Shown here: one piece after another, positions 49,095 through 58,543 of the stretch
Position numbering within the stretch: the first letter of the stretch is position 1
Layout: the number at the start of each line of letters is the position of its first letter
Origin: Candidatus Latescibacterota bacterium
GTDB taxonomy: Bacteria; Latescibacterota; UBA2968; GCA-2709665
Assembly: GCA_965237675.1 (NCBI GenBank)
Contig: OZ250150.1
Coordinates: forward strand, 5,216,001-5,280,000
Direction: 5' to 3'
DNA length: 64,000 nt
Notes under the pieces: generated by a model
Seen by the model: the letters and a program-made list of their open reading frames with translations, nothing else
Told to the model about the DNA's origin: nothing
The model's database searches: none
Program-made: the position numbers and the translations under genes

Positions 49095-49886
49095 ATGACG
49101 GTGTTCCGTTTGGCATGGTGTCTTGTCGCATTTGGTTGGATGGGTGCCCGGCTTCAGGCTGAACCCGTTCGGGTATATGCCGCTGCCAGCTTGATCGGCT
49201 CGATGAAGCAGATTGAAGAACTGTTCGAGGAGGAGACCGATGCAGAGATCCGGTTCTCCTTTGCGGCGTCTTCGACACTGGCCAGGCACATTGAGCGGGG
49301 AGCGCCGGCCGAGGTTTACATTTCCGCCAATCCGGCGTGGATGGATTATCTGGAGTCTCGGGGGTTGATTCACCCGGGCAGCCGGGCCGACCTGCTGAGC
49401 AATGCACTGGTGGTGGTGGCTCCCAGTGGAGAGGGGTTTGGCGTCAGATGCGAGCAAGGGTTTGACTTTGCCGCGGCGTTCGAGGGTCCGCTGGCGGTAG
49501 CGGATCCCGATCTCGTTCCGGCCGGGATGTACGCAAAACAGGCGCTCGTCCGGTTGGGATGGTGGCAGGGCCTGAAAAATCGCCTGGCCGTGGGTCAGGA
49601 TGTGCGTTCGACCCTTGTATTTGTCGAACAGGGCGCCTGCGCGGCAGGGATTGTGTATGCGACCGACGCGGCTTCCAGCGAACGGGTGGACGCGCTGGCC
49701 GTATTTCCAGCCGAAACCCATGGGACGATTGTTTATGCCGTTGCGATTGTGGCGGGACGGGATGGGGCGAATACCAGGAAATTTACGGATTTCCTGACGT
49801 CAGCGCCTGCTTTCAACGTTTTCAGAAGGGATGGCTTTCGGGTGCTGGCCTCCCGGCGAGAGACCGAGGCGCCGGGAACAGACTGA
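49095..49886 (+). CDS. modA: Molybdate ABC transporter substrate-binding protein
   Basis: VYAAASL, FAASSTLARHIERGAPA, N.LVVV, VPAGMYA and GIVYATDA. Confidence 0.93.
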   Translation: MTVFRLAWCLVAFGWMGARLQAEPVRVYAAASLIGSMKQIEELFEEETDAEIRFSFAASSTLARHIERGAPAEVYISANPAWMDYLESRGLIHPGSRADLLSNALVVVAPSGEGFGVRCEQGFDFAAAFEGPLAVADPDLVPAGMYAKQALVRLGWWQGLKNRLAVGQDVRSTLVFVEQGACAAGIVYATDAASSERVDALAVFPAETHGTIVYAVAIVAGRDGANTRKFTDFLTSAPAFNVFRRDGFRVLASRRETEAPGTD

Positions 49887-50122
49887 GGCATCATGCCCGA
49901 CTCCCGGTTGTTCGCGACCCGCCGATGGCGGCGATACACCAGTGGACTTTCGTGCTTGCAGTGGCGGTCCTCTACCGTTCGGCAGGTCGAAGTGCTTTTG
50001 TGTTGGCCTCGCCCTCCGGAGGGTCGGCATCGTCGGAAATTCGTTCGCGTTTCCGCCGGATCGTGTGCGGGGCAGGGACATACTCGAAGGGCTGATGGAC
50101 CGTTTCAAACGGGGGAAACGGG

Positions 50123-51247
50123 ATGGCTGTCTTGGAGAGGTTGAATATCGGCGTTGCCGGCGCGGCGGGCAGAGGGGGAAGTTTTCGAGCGGCTTTTGAC
50201 GCCCATCCGATCGCCCGGCTGCACGCCGTCTGCGATATCAGAGAGGAGATGCTGGATGCGGCGGCCGAAAAGCTCGGCGCCTCGGAGACATATACCGACT
50301 ACGAGGAAATGCTAAAAAAATCCGACGTGGACGCCGTGGTCATCGGCACGCCGATGCAGTTCCACGCGCCACAGGCGATCGCGGCCCTGGAGTTGGGCGT
50401 CCATGTGCTGAGCGAGGTGACAGCGGCGGTTTCGGTCGCCGAGTGCAAACGCCTCGTGGGCGCCGCGAGCGCCACCGATGCGATATACATGATGGCCGAG
50501 AATTTCACGTATACAAAACCCAATGTGCTCGTGAAAGAACTCGCGCGACGTGGACTTTTCGGAGAGATCTATTATGCGGAGGGGGAGTATATCCACGAGT
50601 TGAAGGGGTTGAACGAGATAACCACCTGGCGGCGGAAGTGGCAAACCGGGATCGACGGCGTCACCTATGGCACGCACAGCCTGGGACCGATTCTTCAGTG
50701 GATGGCAGGCGACCGCGTGGTGCGGGTCTGCTGCGAGGGCAGCGGACATCATTACGAGGATCCCAGGGGAAATCAATATGAGAATCAGGATTCCTGCGTG
50801 ATGCTGTGCAAAACCGTCCGGGGCGGGTTGATCAAGATTCGGGTCGATATGCTGTCGGAGCGACCCCATTCAATGACGAACTATACCCTTCAAGGCACAA
50901 CCGGATGTTATGAGTCCGCCCGTGCGAAAGGGGAGGCGCACCGGATCTGGCTGGCGGATTTGTGCGAGGATAATAATACCTGGATGGATCTGGTGCAACT
51001 GGAAGAAGAATATATGCCGGAGATGTGGCGCAACCCTTCCGAAGATGCGCTAAAGGCGGGCCACGGCGGCGGGGATTATTTCGAGATCCTTGATTTTGTG
51101 AACGCCATCGCGGGAACGGCGCCCTGCCCGATTGGGATTCACGAGGCCATGGACATGACACTGCCCGGTCTGATCAGCCAAGCATCCATCGCAGATGACG
51201 GCGCATGGCTGGATGTGCCCGATTCGAGGGCCTGGGTGCAGACATGA
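50123..51247 (+). CDS. Gfo/Idh/MocA family oxidoreductase
   Basis: Rossmann N-terminus, DAVVIGTP..FH, HVLSEV, YAEGEYIH, YGTHSLGP and GHGGGD. Confidence 0.92.
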   Translation: MAVLERLNIGVAGAAGRGGSFRAAFDAHPIARLHAVCDIREEMLDAAAEKLGASETYTDYEEMLKKSDVDAVVIGTPMQFHAPQAIAALELGVHVLSEVTAAVSVAECKRLVGAASATDAIYMMAENFTYTKPNVLVKELARRGLFGEIYYAEGEYIHELKGLNEITTWRRKWQTGIDGVTYGTHSLGPILQWMAGDRVVRVCCEGSGHHYEDPRGNQYENQDSCVMLCKTVRGGLIKIRVDMLSERPHSMTNYTLQGTTGCYESARAKGEAHRIWLADLCEDNNTWMDLVQLEEEYMPEMWRNPSEDALKAGHGGGDYFEILDFVNAIAGTAPCPIGIHEAMDMTLPGLISQASIADDGAWLDVPDSRAWVQT

Positions 51248-51293
51248 AACGGAGGGGCCGCCGGGATGTTGGCCGTTCCACCGTCTCGCGACC

Positions 51294-52082
51294 TCAGACG
51301 GTTGTTGGCCTCAATGCATTCTCGCCAAAAACAACCGAGAAGGTGTCGCCACGTCCGGATGTTGTCGCCGCGTGCATGTAACAGATGCTGAACGCCCTGC
51401 GGGGAACGTCGGTATGATTGGTACCTGAGCTGTGCAGCAACCAGTTGTGCAAGAGTACCACTTCGCCCGCTTCGAGTTCCAGGTAAACGGGCTCTGCCTT
51501 CCGCGTCAGTTCGTGCGACTGCTCACCATTGAGAAAACCGCTCGCGTTTTCGGGGTTGACCAGACCCCATTTATGAGACCCGGGGATGATTCTGACGCAG
51601 CCATTTTCGACGGTTGCAGGATCTAAAGCCGTCCAGACGGTGATGAGCGGATCCCGGTCGAGGTCGGTCCAGCGGTCCTGGTGCCACGTGAGGTCGTGGC
51701 CTTGTCCGGCCGGTTTGTTCATGAACATGGCGCGGAAGCAGGCCACCGGGGCGTCCCGCCCGTAGGCCCTCTCGCAAATATTCCGAAAAAGCGGATGCTG
51801 CAGGTACGCGAGGAAGCGTTCGTCGAACTCCAGATCTTGAATCTTCCGATAATTCAACGTGGCGCCCTTGTGGCCCATGGTCTGAGGTCCCGGGCCATCG
51901 CGGCCTTCCACAACGTCCAGTTGCATCATCGTGCGGTTGTAATCAAGCGAAGCCGTACCGAGCATGATGGCGTCTATGCGTTGCCTGAGGGCTTCCACTT
52001 CGGTAACGCCCGCAACCCTCCCAAGTTGGAGATAGCCCGTGGCGTCAAATCGTGCCCACTGTTCGTCTATCAGGCGGTTCAT
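51294..52082 (-). CDS. Phytanoyl-CoA dioxygenase (PhyH) family
   Basis: WHQD, WTALD...ENGC..IPGSHK and H.SG.N...RR. Confidence 0.9.
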   Translation of the reverse strand: MNRLIDEQWARFDATGYLQLGRVAGVTEVEALRQRIDAIMLGTASLDYNRTMMQLDVVEGRDGPGPQTMGHKGATLNYRKIQDLEFDERFLAYLQHPLFRNICERAYGRDAPVACFRAMFMNKPAGQGHDLTWHQDRWTDLDRDPLITVWTALDPATVENGCVRIIPGSHKWGLVNPENASGFLNGEQSHELTRKAEPVYLELEAGEVVLLHNWLLHSSGTNHTDVPRRAFSICYMHAATTSGRGDTFSVVFGENALRPTTV

Positions 52083-52231
52083 ACAGCTTCTTTCGGCGAC
52101 GGCCGGGCGACGCCCGGCCGCTCAAAATGTGTCAAGTGCGTCGAACGGATTCTGGTTCGGTGATAGAGGGATGCCGGAATCAAGATAGTCAATACAGGTT
52201 CGTAGATCAAGTTCCCCTCCAGGAGCGACCC

Positions 52232-53203
52232 ATGGCGGTTACGGTGTTGTATCTCTCACGGCAGGACGTGGAAGCGGTGAATCTGTCGATGGCTGAGATC
52301 ATTGATGGGCTGGACCGGATGTTTGTGGAGAAAGGAGAGGGCAAGGTGGAAATGCCGCCCAAGCCCGGTATCCATACGCAGCCGGATGCATTCATTCATG
52401 CAATGCCGGCTTACATACCAAGCCTGGAATCGGCGGGGATGAAGTGGGTTTCGGGATATCCGACAAACCAGGCGAAGGGATTGCCGTACATCAGCGGGCT
52501 CCTGATACTGAACGATCCCGAAACGGGCATCCCCACGTGTGTGATGGATTGCACATGGATCACGGCGATGCGGACGGGAGCGGCAACGGCGGTTGCCGCG
52601 AAGTATCTGGCACGCAAGGATAGCTCGACGGTTGGCATTGTCGCCTGCGGAGTGCAGGGTCGCGGTAATCTGGAAGCGCTGTCGTGTGTTTTCGATATTG
52701 CGGAAGTCAAGGCGTATGATCTCTATCCTGAGCTTGCGGATCGATTCGCCGCGGAAATGGGGGCCCGCCTGGGGGTGCGGATCGAGCCGGTTCGCGAGGC
52801 TTCACGGGCTATCGAGGGGCTGGACATTGTGGTAACCAGCGGGCCAGTTCGGAAACATCCGGAACCGGTTGTAGGCAGCGGCTGGTTGGCGGAGGGATCG
52901 TTCGCCTGTCCCCTGGATTTCGATTCCTACTTTCGGGCCGATGCATTCCGCGAAGCGGACAAGCTGGCAAGCGACGATAAAGATCAGTTGAACTACTACC
53001 GGGAGACCGGTTATTTCAGCGATACGCCCGAGCCGTATGCCGACCTTGGTGAAATCGCGGCGGGGCTGAAACCCGGACGCGAGTCGGACACGGAGCGCAC
53101 GATTGCGATCAATCTGGGGCTGGGCCTGGAAGACATAGCCACTGCGATACTGGTTTACCGCCGTGCTGTGGAGCGGGAAATCGGGATGGTGTTACCGTTG
53201 TAA
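52232..53203 (+). CDS. Ornithine cyclodeaminase/mu-crystallin family protein
   Basis: MPPK, AMPA, GMKWV, ITAMRTGA, CGVQG and GLGLEDIA; AGGAG RBS. Confidence 0.92.
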   Translation: MAVTVLYLSRQDVEAVNLSMAEIIDGLDRMFVEKGEGKVEMPPKPGIHTQPDAFIHAMPAYIPSLESAGMKWVSGYPTNQAKGLPYISGLLILNDPETGIPTCVMDCTWITAMRTGAATAVAAKYLARKDSSTVGIVACGVQGRGNLEALSCVFDIAEVKAYDLYPELADRFAAEMGARLGVRIEPVREASRAIEGLDIVVTSGPVRKHPEPVVGSGWLAEGSFACPLDFDSYFRADAFREADKLASDDKDQLNYYRETGYFSDTPEPYADLGEIAAGLKPGRESDTERTIAINLGLGLEDIATAILVYRRAVEREIGMVLPL

Positions 53204-53267
53204 TTCAACTCCTTACCCGGCAGGCGTTGGGGTGAACACACGTCGTTGAAGTTGAATCAGCCGGCGA

Positions 53268-53528
53268 ATGCCGACGCGGGATGAATTACTGTATGCGTCC
53301 GGTGGAGGCGCCGTTGCGATTGAAGACAACGCGATCTATGAAGCGATGTTCGCACTCGGCAGAGACGGGGTATTCGCCGAGGCGTCTTCGGCAATGGTCC
53401 GGGCGGCGGCCGAACGTCTGGCCGATGCCGGCGCGTTTACGAGAGACGAGACGGTGGTGATGGTGGTTACCAGTACGGGGTTCAAGTCCAGTCGCGAGAT
53501 CGTGGAGCAAATCACGGCCAAGGGGTGA
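53268..53528 (+). pseudogene. C-terminal remnant of a threonine synthase-like PLP enzyme
   Basis: SGGGAVAIED..I..A...L...GVFAEASSA...AA...L......ETVVMVVTSTGFK matches only the last ~80 aa of ThrC-type enzymes. Confidence 0.7.
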
Positions 53529-53546
53529 ATGCGGAAAGGAGGCGCA

Positions 53547-54668
53547 ATGATTCGTCAGACCGACAACCCGGAACAGATCGGGCTATCTGAAGAATGCATC
53601 CACGCGGCGTGCGGAATCCTCGAGGAGGCGGTGGTACGGGGAGAGTTAATGGGTGCCGCGATGCAGGTATCCCGGGGCGGCGGCGCCCTTCCGCCAGCGT
53701 GTTACGGACGCCGCACGCTGGGCCCCGAGGGCCCGCCGGTTGAGCCGGATACCGTATTTCTGATTGCGTCCATTACCAAGCCGATCGTGGCGGCCGCGGT
53801 TATGCTGCTCGTAGAGCGGGGCGAGGTCTGTTTGGACGACCCGGTCGCGGAGTTTGTACCCGAGTTCGGCCAGGCGGGCAAGGAAGCGGTGCAGGTGAGG
53901 CACTTGCTGACGCACACGTCCGGGCTGCCGGACATGCTGCCGGAGAATCTGGCATTGCGGGCCGGACACGCGCCGCTGGATGTCTTTATACAGCAGATCT
54001 GCAAGGTCAAGTTGCTATTTGAACCCGGCACGCGTATATCTTACCAGAGCTGCGGAATCGCAATGCTGGGCGAGATAGTACAGCGGGTTGAGGCGACGCC
54101 GATTCGGGTGTTTTTGAGACGATGGATTTTTGAACCGATGGGTCTCGAGAATACGTCACTGGGTCTTCGCAAACGGCACGGGCGAGAATCCGAAGTGAAG
54201 ATTCACAGCGGCGAGTACGGCGGAGCAGACGCCGTGTCATGGAACTGGAATTCGGATTACTGGAGAGGGTTCGGCGCGCCCTGGGGAGGGCTGTTAACGA
54301 CGACGGCGGAGATGACTTCGCTCTGTCAGGCCTTTCTGTACGACGGTGCGCTGAACGGAATCCGCATCCTGAACCGTGCAACGGTTGCCGCAATGACGAT
54401 GGATCAGACGTCGGCGATGCCGGGTTTGACGGAAGCGGATCGACTCAGGCAGCGGTGGGGGCTGGGATGGCGCCTGCGCGACCGTGTGAGTTCGATTTTC
54501 GGAGATTTGACTTCGGACGCCACCTTCGGGCACGAGGGGGCGACTGGCACCGTGGCATGGGTGGATCCGGAGACGGAAACGACCTGTGTGTTGTTTACCA
54601 ACGACCCGCACGGTGCGGTGTCTCTACGCCCCCGGGTGTGTAATGCGGTTGCGGCTGCGGTGATGTAG
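53547..54668 (+). CDS. Serine hydrolase, beta-lactamase class C-like family
   Basis: SITK, HLLTHTSG, Y.S, GG..TT and FGHEG; AAGGAGG RBS. Confidence 0.92.
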   Translation: MIRQTDNPEQIGLSEECIHAACGILEEAVVRGELMGAAMQVSRGGGALPPACYGRRTLGPEGPPVEPDTVFLIASITKPIVAAAVMLLVERGEVCLDDPVAEFVPEFGQAGKEAVQVRHLLTHTSGLPDMLPENLALRAGHAPLDVFIQQICKVKLLFEPGTRISYQSCGIAMLGEIVQRVEATPIRVFLRRWIFEPMGLENTSLGLRKRHGRESEVKIHSGEYGGADAVSWNWNSDYWRGFGAPWGGLLTTTAEMTSLCQAFLYDGALNGIRILNRATVAAMTMDQTSAMPGLTEADRLRQRWGLGWRLRDRVSSIFGDLTSDATFGHEGATGTVAWVDPETETTCVLFTNDPHGAVSLRPRVCNAVAAAVM

Positions 54669-54761
54669 GGTACGTCGCTTCCATAGCTCGAACGGATCGC
54701 ACCTGACACTTTTACGGCCCTCGAGATGCCCCGCTTTCGCCCCCGGTTGTGACGAGGATCC

Positions 54762-55732
54762 CTATCCTTCGACCTGAACGTTGCCGAACAGAGTGCTGAC
54801 GGACTCGTCGTTGTGGATGCGGCGGATGGCTTCTGCCAGAATGGTGGCAACGGAAAGTACTTTGATCTTTCCATTCTGAATCCCGTCCGGCACGGGGATG
54901 GAGTTTGAGACCACCAATTCGGTGAGAACGGAGTTCTCCACGCGCTCGACGGCGGGGCCGGCCAGCACCGCGTGGACGATTACGGCGCTGATGTCCAGGG
55001 CGCCATGTTCCTTGAGGACCACAGCGGCCTCAACAAGCGACCCGCCGGTGGAAATGAGATCGTCGATGATGACGACGTTCTTTCCCTCTACATCGCCGAT
55101 GACATTCAGGACTTCGGTTTCTGTACCGCTTGAGCGCCGTTTGTCTACAATGGCCAAAGGAGCATCCAGCAGTTCGGAATAGGCCCGGGTCATCTTGATG
55201 TTGCCCACGTCAGGCGTGACCGTCACGAGATTCTTCATGCCCTTTTCCATCAGATAGTTCCCGAAGACATTGATGGAGTAGAGGTGATCCATGGGGATGT
55301 CGAAGAATCCCTGGATCTGGTTGGAGTGCAAATCCAGGGAGAGGACCCGCCTGGCGCCGGCGGTAACGATGAGGTTGCCAATCAGTTTGGCGGTGATGGG
55401 CACCCTCGGCCTGTCTTTGCGGTCCTGCCGGGCATAACCGTAGTACGGGGCAGCACAGCGGTGATGCGTCTGGCGGAAGCGCGCCGGGCGGCGTCGATGA
55501 GGATCAGGATTTCCATCAGGGCGTCGTTGGGTGTGACTATCCCATTGCCGCAAACGGGCTGAACGATGTAGACGTCGTTACCACGAACGTTCTCGCGGAT
55601 CTGAACACTGGTTTCCCCTCCTGGAAAACTCGTGACCTCAGCCTCTCCCAGGTCGATATCGAGGTGTTGACAGATCTCCTTGGCGAGGGGTTTGTTGATG
55701 TTGCCGGTGATAACTTGAAAGTCGTAACCCAA
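54762..55732 (-). pseudogene. prs: Ribose-phosphate pyrophosphokinase split by one frameshift at ~55447-55450 (possibly a sequence error)
   Basis: Frame 1: ...FPGGET...ENVRG...DAARRASARRITAVLP. Frame 2: YYGYARQDRK...DLH..QIQGFF...IDDLISTGG. Five nt (ccccg) lie where one Pro codon is expected. Confidence 0.9.
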
Positions 55733-56031
55733 AACGTCAGCCTCCTTGGGGGAGTACATATCGCGGATTTGATGTGGTAATTCTGGAAAGAACGGGTGAA
55801 ATATAAAGACCGTCGGACCGAGGAGCAATTGAATTTGACAATGGAATGTGATTCGGATTGCGTTCGGCCCGTTGCCATGGCCCGTTTCAGCACGATACCG
55901 GTCGAGACCGGAATCCGTCTGCGGGTGCATCTTTGATTGACCTTCATCGCCACTTTCGTGCCGGAATCCCCGAAACCTCCGGCGTCTCCCGGCAAGCCCT
56001 TGAATTCGTGGAAATACAAATATAGAATCTC

Positions 56032-56760
56032 ATGTTGAACATCATCTACCAGGACGACCACTACGTCGCCGTTGACAAACCGAGCGGGATCTTCGTACAC
56101 CCCACACGGCTTGGTCCCCGGGAACCCGACTGCATGTCCAGGCTGCGCAGGCAGGTCGGTCGTTCCGTTTACACCATCCACCGGCTGGATCGCGCCACCT
56201 CTGGCGTCTTGCTCTTCGCCCTGAGTTCCGAGGCGGCCAAGAAAATGTGCCGGCTATTCGAGAATCGCCGCGTCCAAAAGGAATACCTGGCCGTGGTCCG
56301 CGGGTTCACACCGGACGCCGGACGGATCGACCACGCCCTTCGCGAACATAAGAACAAAGCTCCGGTGGAAGCCGTTACCGACTTCGTTCGGGAGGGGACG
56401 GCCGAACTTCTGGAATCCGTGGGCAGACACGCCACAGCCCGCTTTTCACTGGTTCGTGCCATTCCGAAGACCGGCCGGATGCACCAGATCCGAAAACACA
56501 TGGCCCACATCTCCCATCCTGTTCTCGGCGACACCAAGTATGGCGACGGCGCGCAGAACCGTTTCTTTCGTGCCAGGTTCGGGATGTACCGGCTGGCGCT
56601 CATGGCCGTCAGGCTCGCGTTTCTGCATCCATATACTCAGGAGGACACTGCCGTCATCGCGGACCCTCCGAAAGATGTCCAGGCGACATTCATGCGGTTA
56701 GGCTGGAATAAACCGTTACCACCCTTCCCTCATCCGCCTCTTGCATCCCGTACACTCTGA
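56032..56760 (+). CDS. RluA/TruC-family pseudouridine synthase
   Basis: KPSG..VH, HRLDRATSG, KEYLA and TGRMHQIRKH..H..HPVLGD.KYG. Confidence 0.93.
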   Translation: MLNIIYQDDHYVAVDKPSGIFVHPTRLGPREPDCMSRLRRQVGRSVYTIHRLDRATSGVLLFALSSEAAKKMCRLFENRRVQKEYLAVVRGFTPDAGRIDHALREHKNKAPVEAVTDFVREGTAELLESVGRHATARFSLVRAIPKTGRMHQIRKHMAHISHPVLGDTKYGDGAQNRFFRARFGMYRLALMAVRLAFLHPYTQEDTAVIADPPKDVQATFMRLGWNKPLPPFPHPPLASRTL

Positions 56761-57123
56761 GGCCGGCCAGTTACATCACCGCCAGCCCATCTGTAGATTC
56801 CGGGATACATCGATAGCGATCGATCCGCCAGCGGCAGCCTCACGGGTGCGCTGTTGCTGCGGGCCGATAGTCTGGCCGCTATGGCCACCTCCAGGGCCTC
56901 GCGCAAATCCTGGCCGGATATCCACGGCTCGCCCCGGCCTCGAACGGCCGACAGGAATGACCGGAGTGACCCCGTACCGCTCGCCCACCGCCTTGCGCCG
57001 CTCCGCGTTGACCTCCGCAATGGCCACGAGATCCGTATCCGGATAGGCGTTAAATGCTTCGGCGTAAATCTGTCCCATCCGACCACAGCCAATGACCCAC
57101 GCGCGGAATGGTTGATTGCTCAT
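56730..57123 (-). pseudogene. Gfo/Idh/MocA oxidoreductase with large internal deletion
   Basis: N-terminus MSNQPFRAWVIGCGRMG...AIAEVN...ERYGV joins out of frame at ~56965 to a C-terminus SFLSAVRGRGEPWISGQDLREALEVAIAARLSA...PVRLPL. Confidence 0.8.
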
Positions 57124-57447
57124 CGCGCTCTCCGATCTGATGAACCCTTCTCCGAACCTTCGGACGACCCTGCTCTCACGGAAACCGTAACCTCCGATTG
57201 CACCGAGGTCCTCCGACATTTTTTTTCCCGATTCTGGCGGAAATCCAGTATAATTGTTAACAGGGACGACGGCCACACACCTGGAGCGCCGGGATTCCTT
57301 CACTGGCGTTTCCCGGCCATTGGAAACCGGTCTTGCCTTCCGCAGCGAAAATTGCGGAGCTCCCCGATGGCACGCACACCCACCGAACCTCGTACTCCGG
57401 CCCGGGGCAAAGGCCCACGATAAACAGCTGAAACCCGATCTCTACGC

Positions 57448-58401
57448 ATGTCCTCCACCCCGAACCACATCACACTGATCCGGAGCGGCGCCATCGGCGA
57501 CTTCGTACTCACCCTTCCTGCCGTGAGCGCTCTGTGCCGGGCTTACCCGCACGCGAGCCTGCGTCTTATCGGAAACCCGACAATTCTGAGCCTCGCTCCC
57601 GTCAGGAACCTGCTCGACATCAACAGCGCACACCTCGCCGGGCTATACAATCCCGAAGGCCCGGTTCCCCAACGCACCCGCGCTCTCTTCTCGAATGTCG
57701 ACCTGCTTCTCGCCTACGCCGTTGACCCCGATCGCAGCCTTCAATCCCGTACGGCGAAGATCGTTCGCGGACGTGCAATCGTATACGACCCCCGCCCGAC
57801 GGGAAGCATCCACATCACTGAACACCTCCTGGCTCCGCTGAGAAGGCTGTGTATTCACACGGCCGACCCGATCCCACGGATTCTCCTCCATCCGGACGAA
57901 TTGACCCTAGCCGACAACATCCTTCAGAAATACCGTGGGGCCGCCCCATGCGTCGCCATTCACCCGGGTAGCGGGGGTCGAAAAAAATGCTGGCCCCTAT
58001 CTTCCTATTTGAAGCTCGCCCGTAGACTCCGCGGCCGAGGCATTCACGCCGTGGCCTTTTGCGGCCCTGTCGAACTGGAAAGGGGCGACACGTTGAGCCC
58101 ACACCTTCCGTGCCTCTTTCCTCCGGACCTACGTACACTGGCCGGCCTTTTAAAAAGGGCTGACCTTTTCATTGGCAACGATTCCGGGCCGGGACACGTC
58201 GCAGCTGCAGTGGGCACGGCTACGCTCACGCTGTTTGGACCCACGGACGCCCGGACCTGGGCGCCGCGCCATCCCCTCGCCCGAGTACTCAAGGCCCCGG
58301 GCGGACACCTGCCTTCCCTCCCGGTCGAATCCGTCCTGCAGGCCGCGCTCGAACAGCTTGCGACGGTAACATCCCCGCCACCGGATTCGCACCGTCCGTA
58401 A
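57448..58401 (+). CDS. Glycosyltransferase family 9 (LPS heptosyltransferase-like)
   Basis: IRSGAIGDFVL, HPGSG...KCWP, FIGNDSGPGHVAAA and LFGPT. Confidence 0.92.
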   Translation: MSSTPNHITLIRSGAIGDFVLTLPAVSALCRAYPHASLRLIGNPTILSLAPVRNLLDINSAHLAGLYNPEGPVPQRTRALFSNVDLLLAYAVDPDRSLQSRTAKIVRGRAIVYDPRPTGSIHITEHLLAPLRRLCIHTADPIPRILLHPDELTLADNILQKYRGAAPCVAIHPGSGGRKKCWPLSSYLKLARRLRGRGIHAVAFCGPVELERGDTLSPHLPCLFPPDLRTLAGLLKRADLFIGNDSGPGHVAAAVGTATLTLFGPTDARTWAPRHPLARVLKAPGGHLPSLPVESVLQAALEQLATVTSPPPDSHRP

Positions 58402-58444
58402 TCCGGTACCGACGTAATTCTTCCAACGGTTCACCGCATTGAAT

Positions 58445-58473
58445 TTGACAGCCTGAGACGAATGTGGCATATT
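58445..58473 (+). promoter_or_regulatory. Sigma70-type promoter
   Basis: TTGACA-17 bp-CATATT with extended TG. Confidence 0.5.
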
Positions 58474-58543
58474 ACGGCTCCGCATCGAAAGTGTATTGAC
58501 GTCGACTTTTCGTGTCACACTCACCGAAAACATGGAGATTCGT

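Noticed and set aside
52100-52120. Perfect GC palindrome cggccgggcg-a-cgcccggccg between divergent genes
   Set aside because: Single copy, no U-tract and no other support for a function.
55740-56030. Possible tRNA-Gln upstream of prs, a common arrangement
   Set aside because: No cloverleaf or T-loop GTTCRA consensus on either strand.
56013-56040. tcatgttgaac as a dif XerD arm near the skew switch
   Set aside because: Only 8/11 match, overlaps a start codon, and has no credible XerC arm.
57138-57186. CTGATGA...GAAAC resembling a hammerhead core
   Set aside because: No stem II pairing next to the conserved residues.
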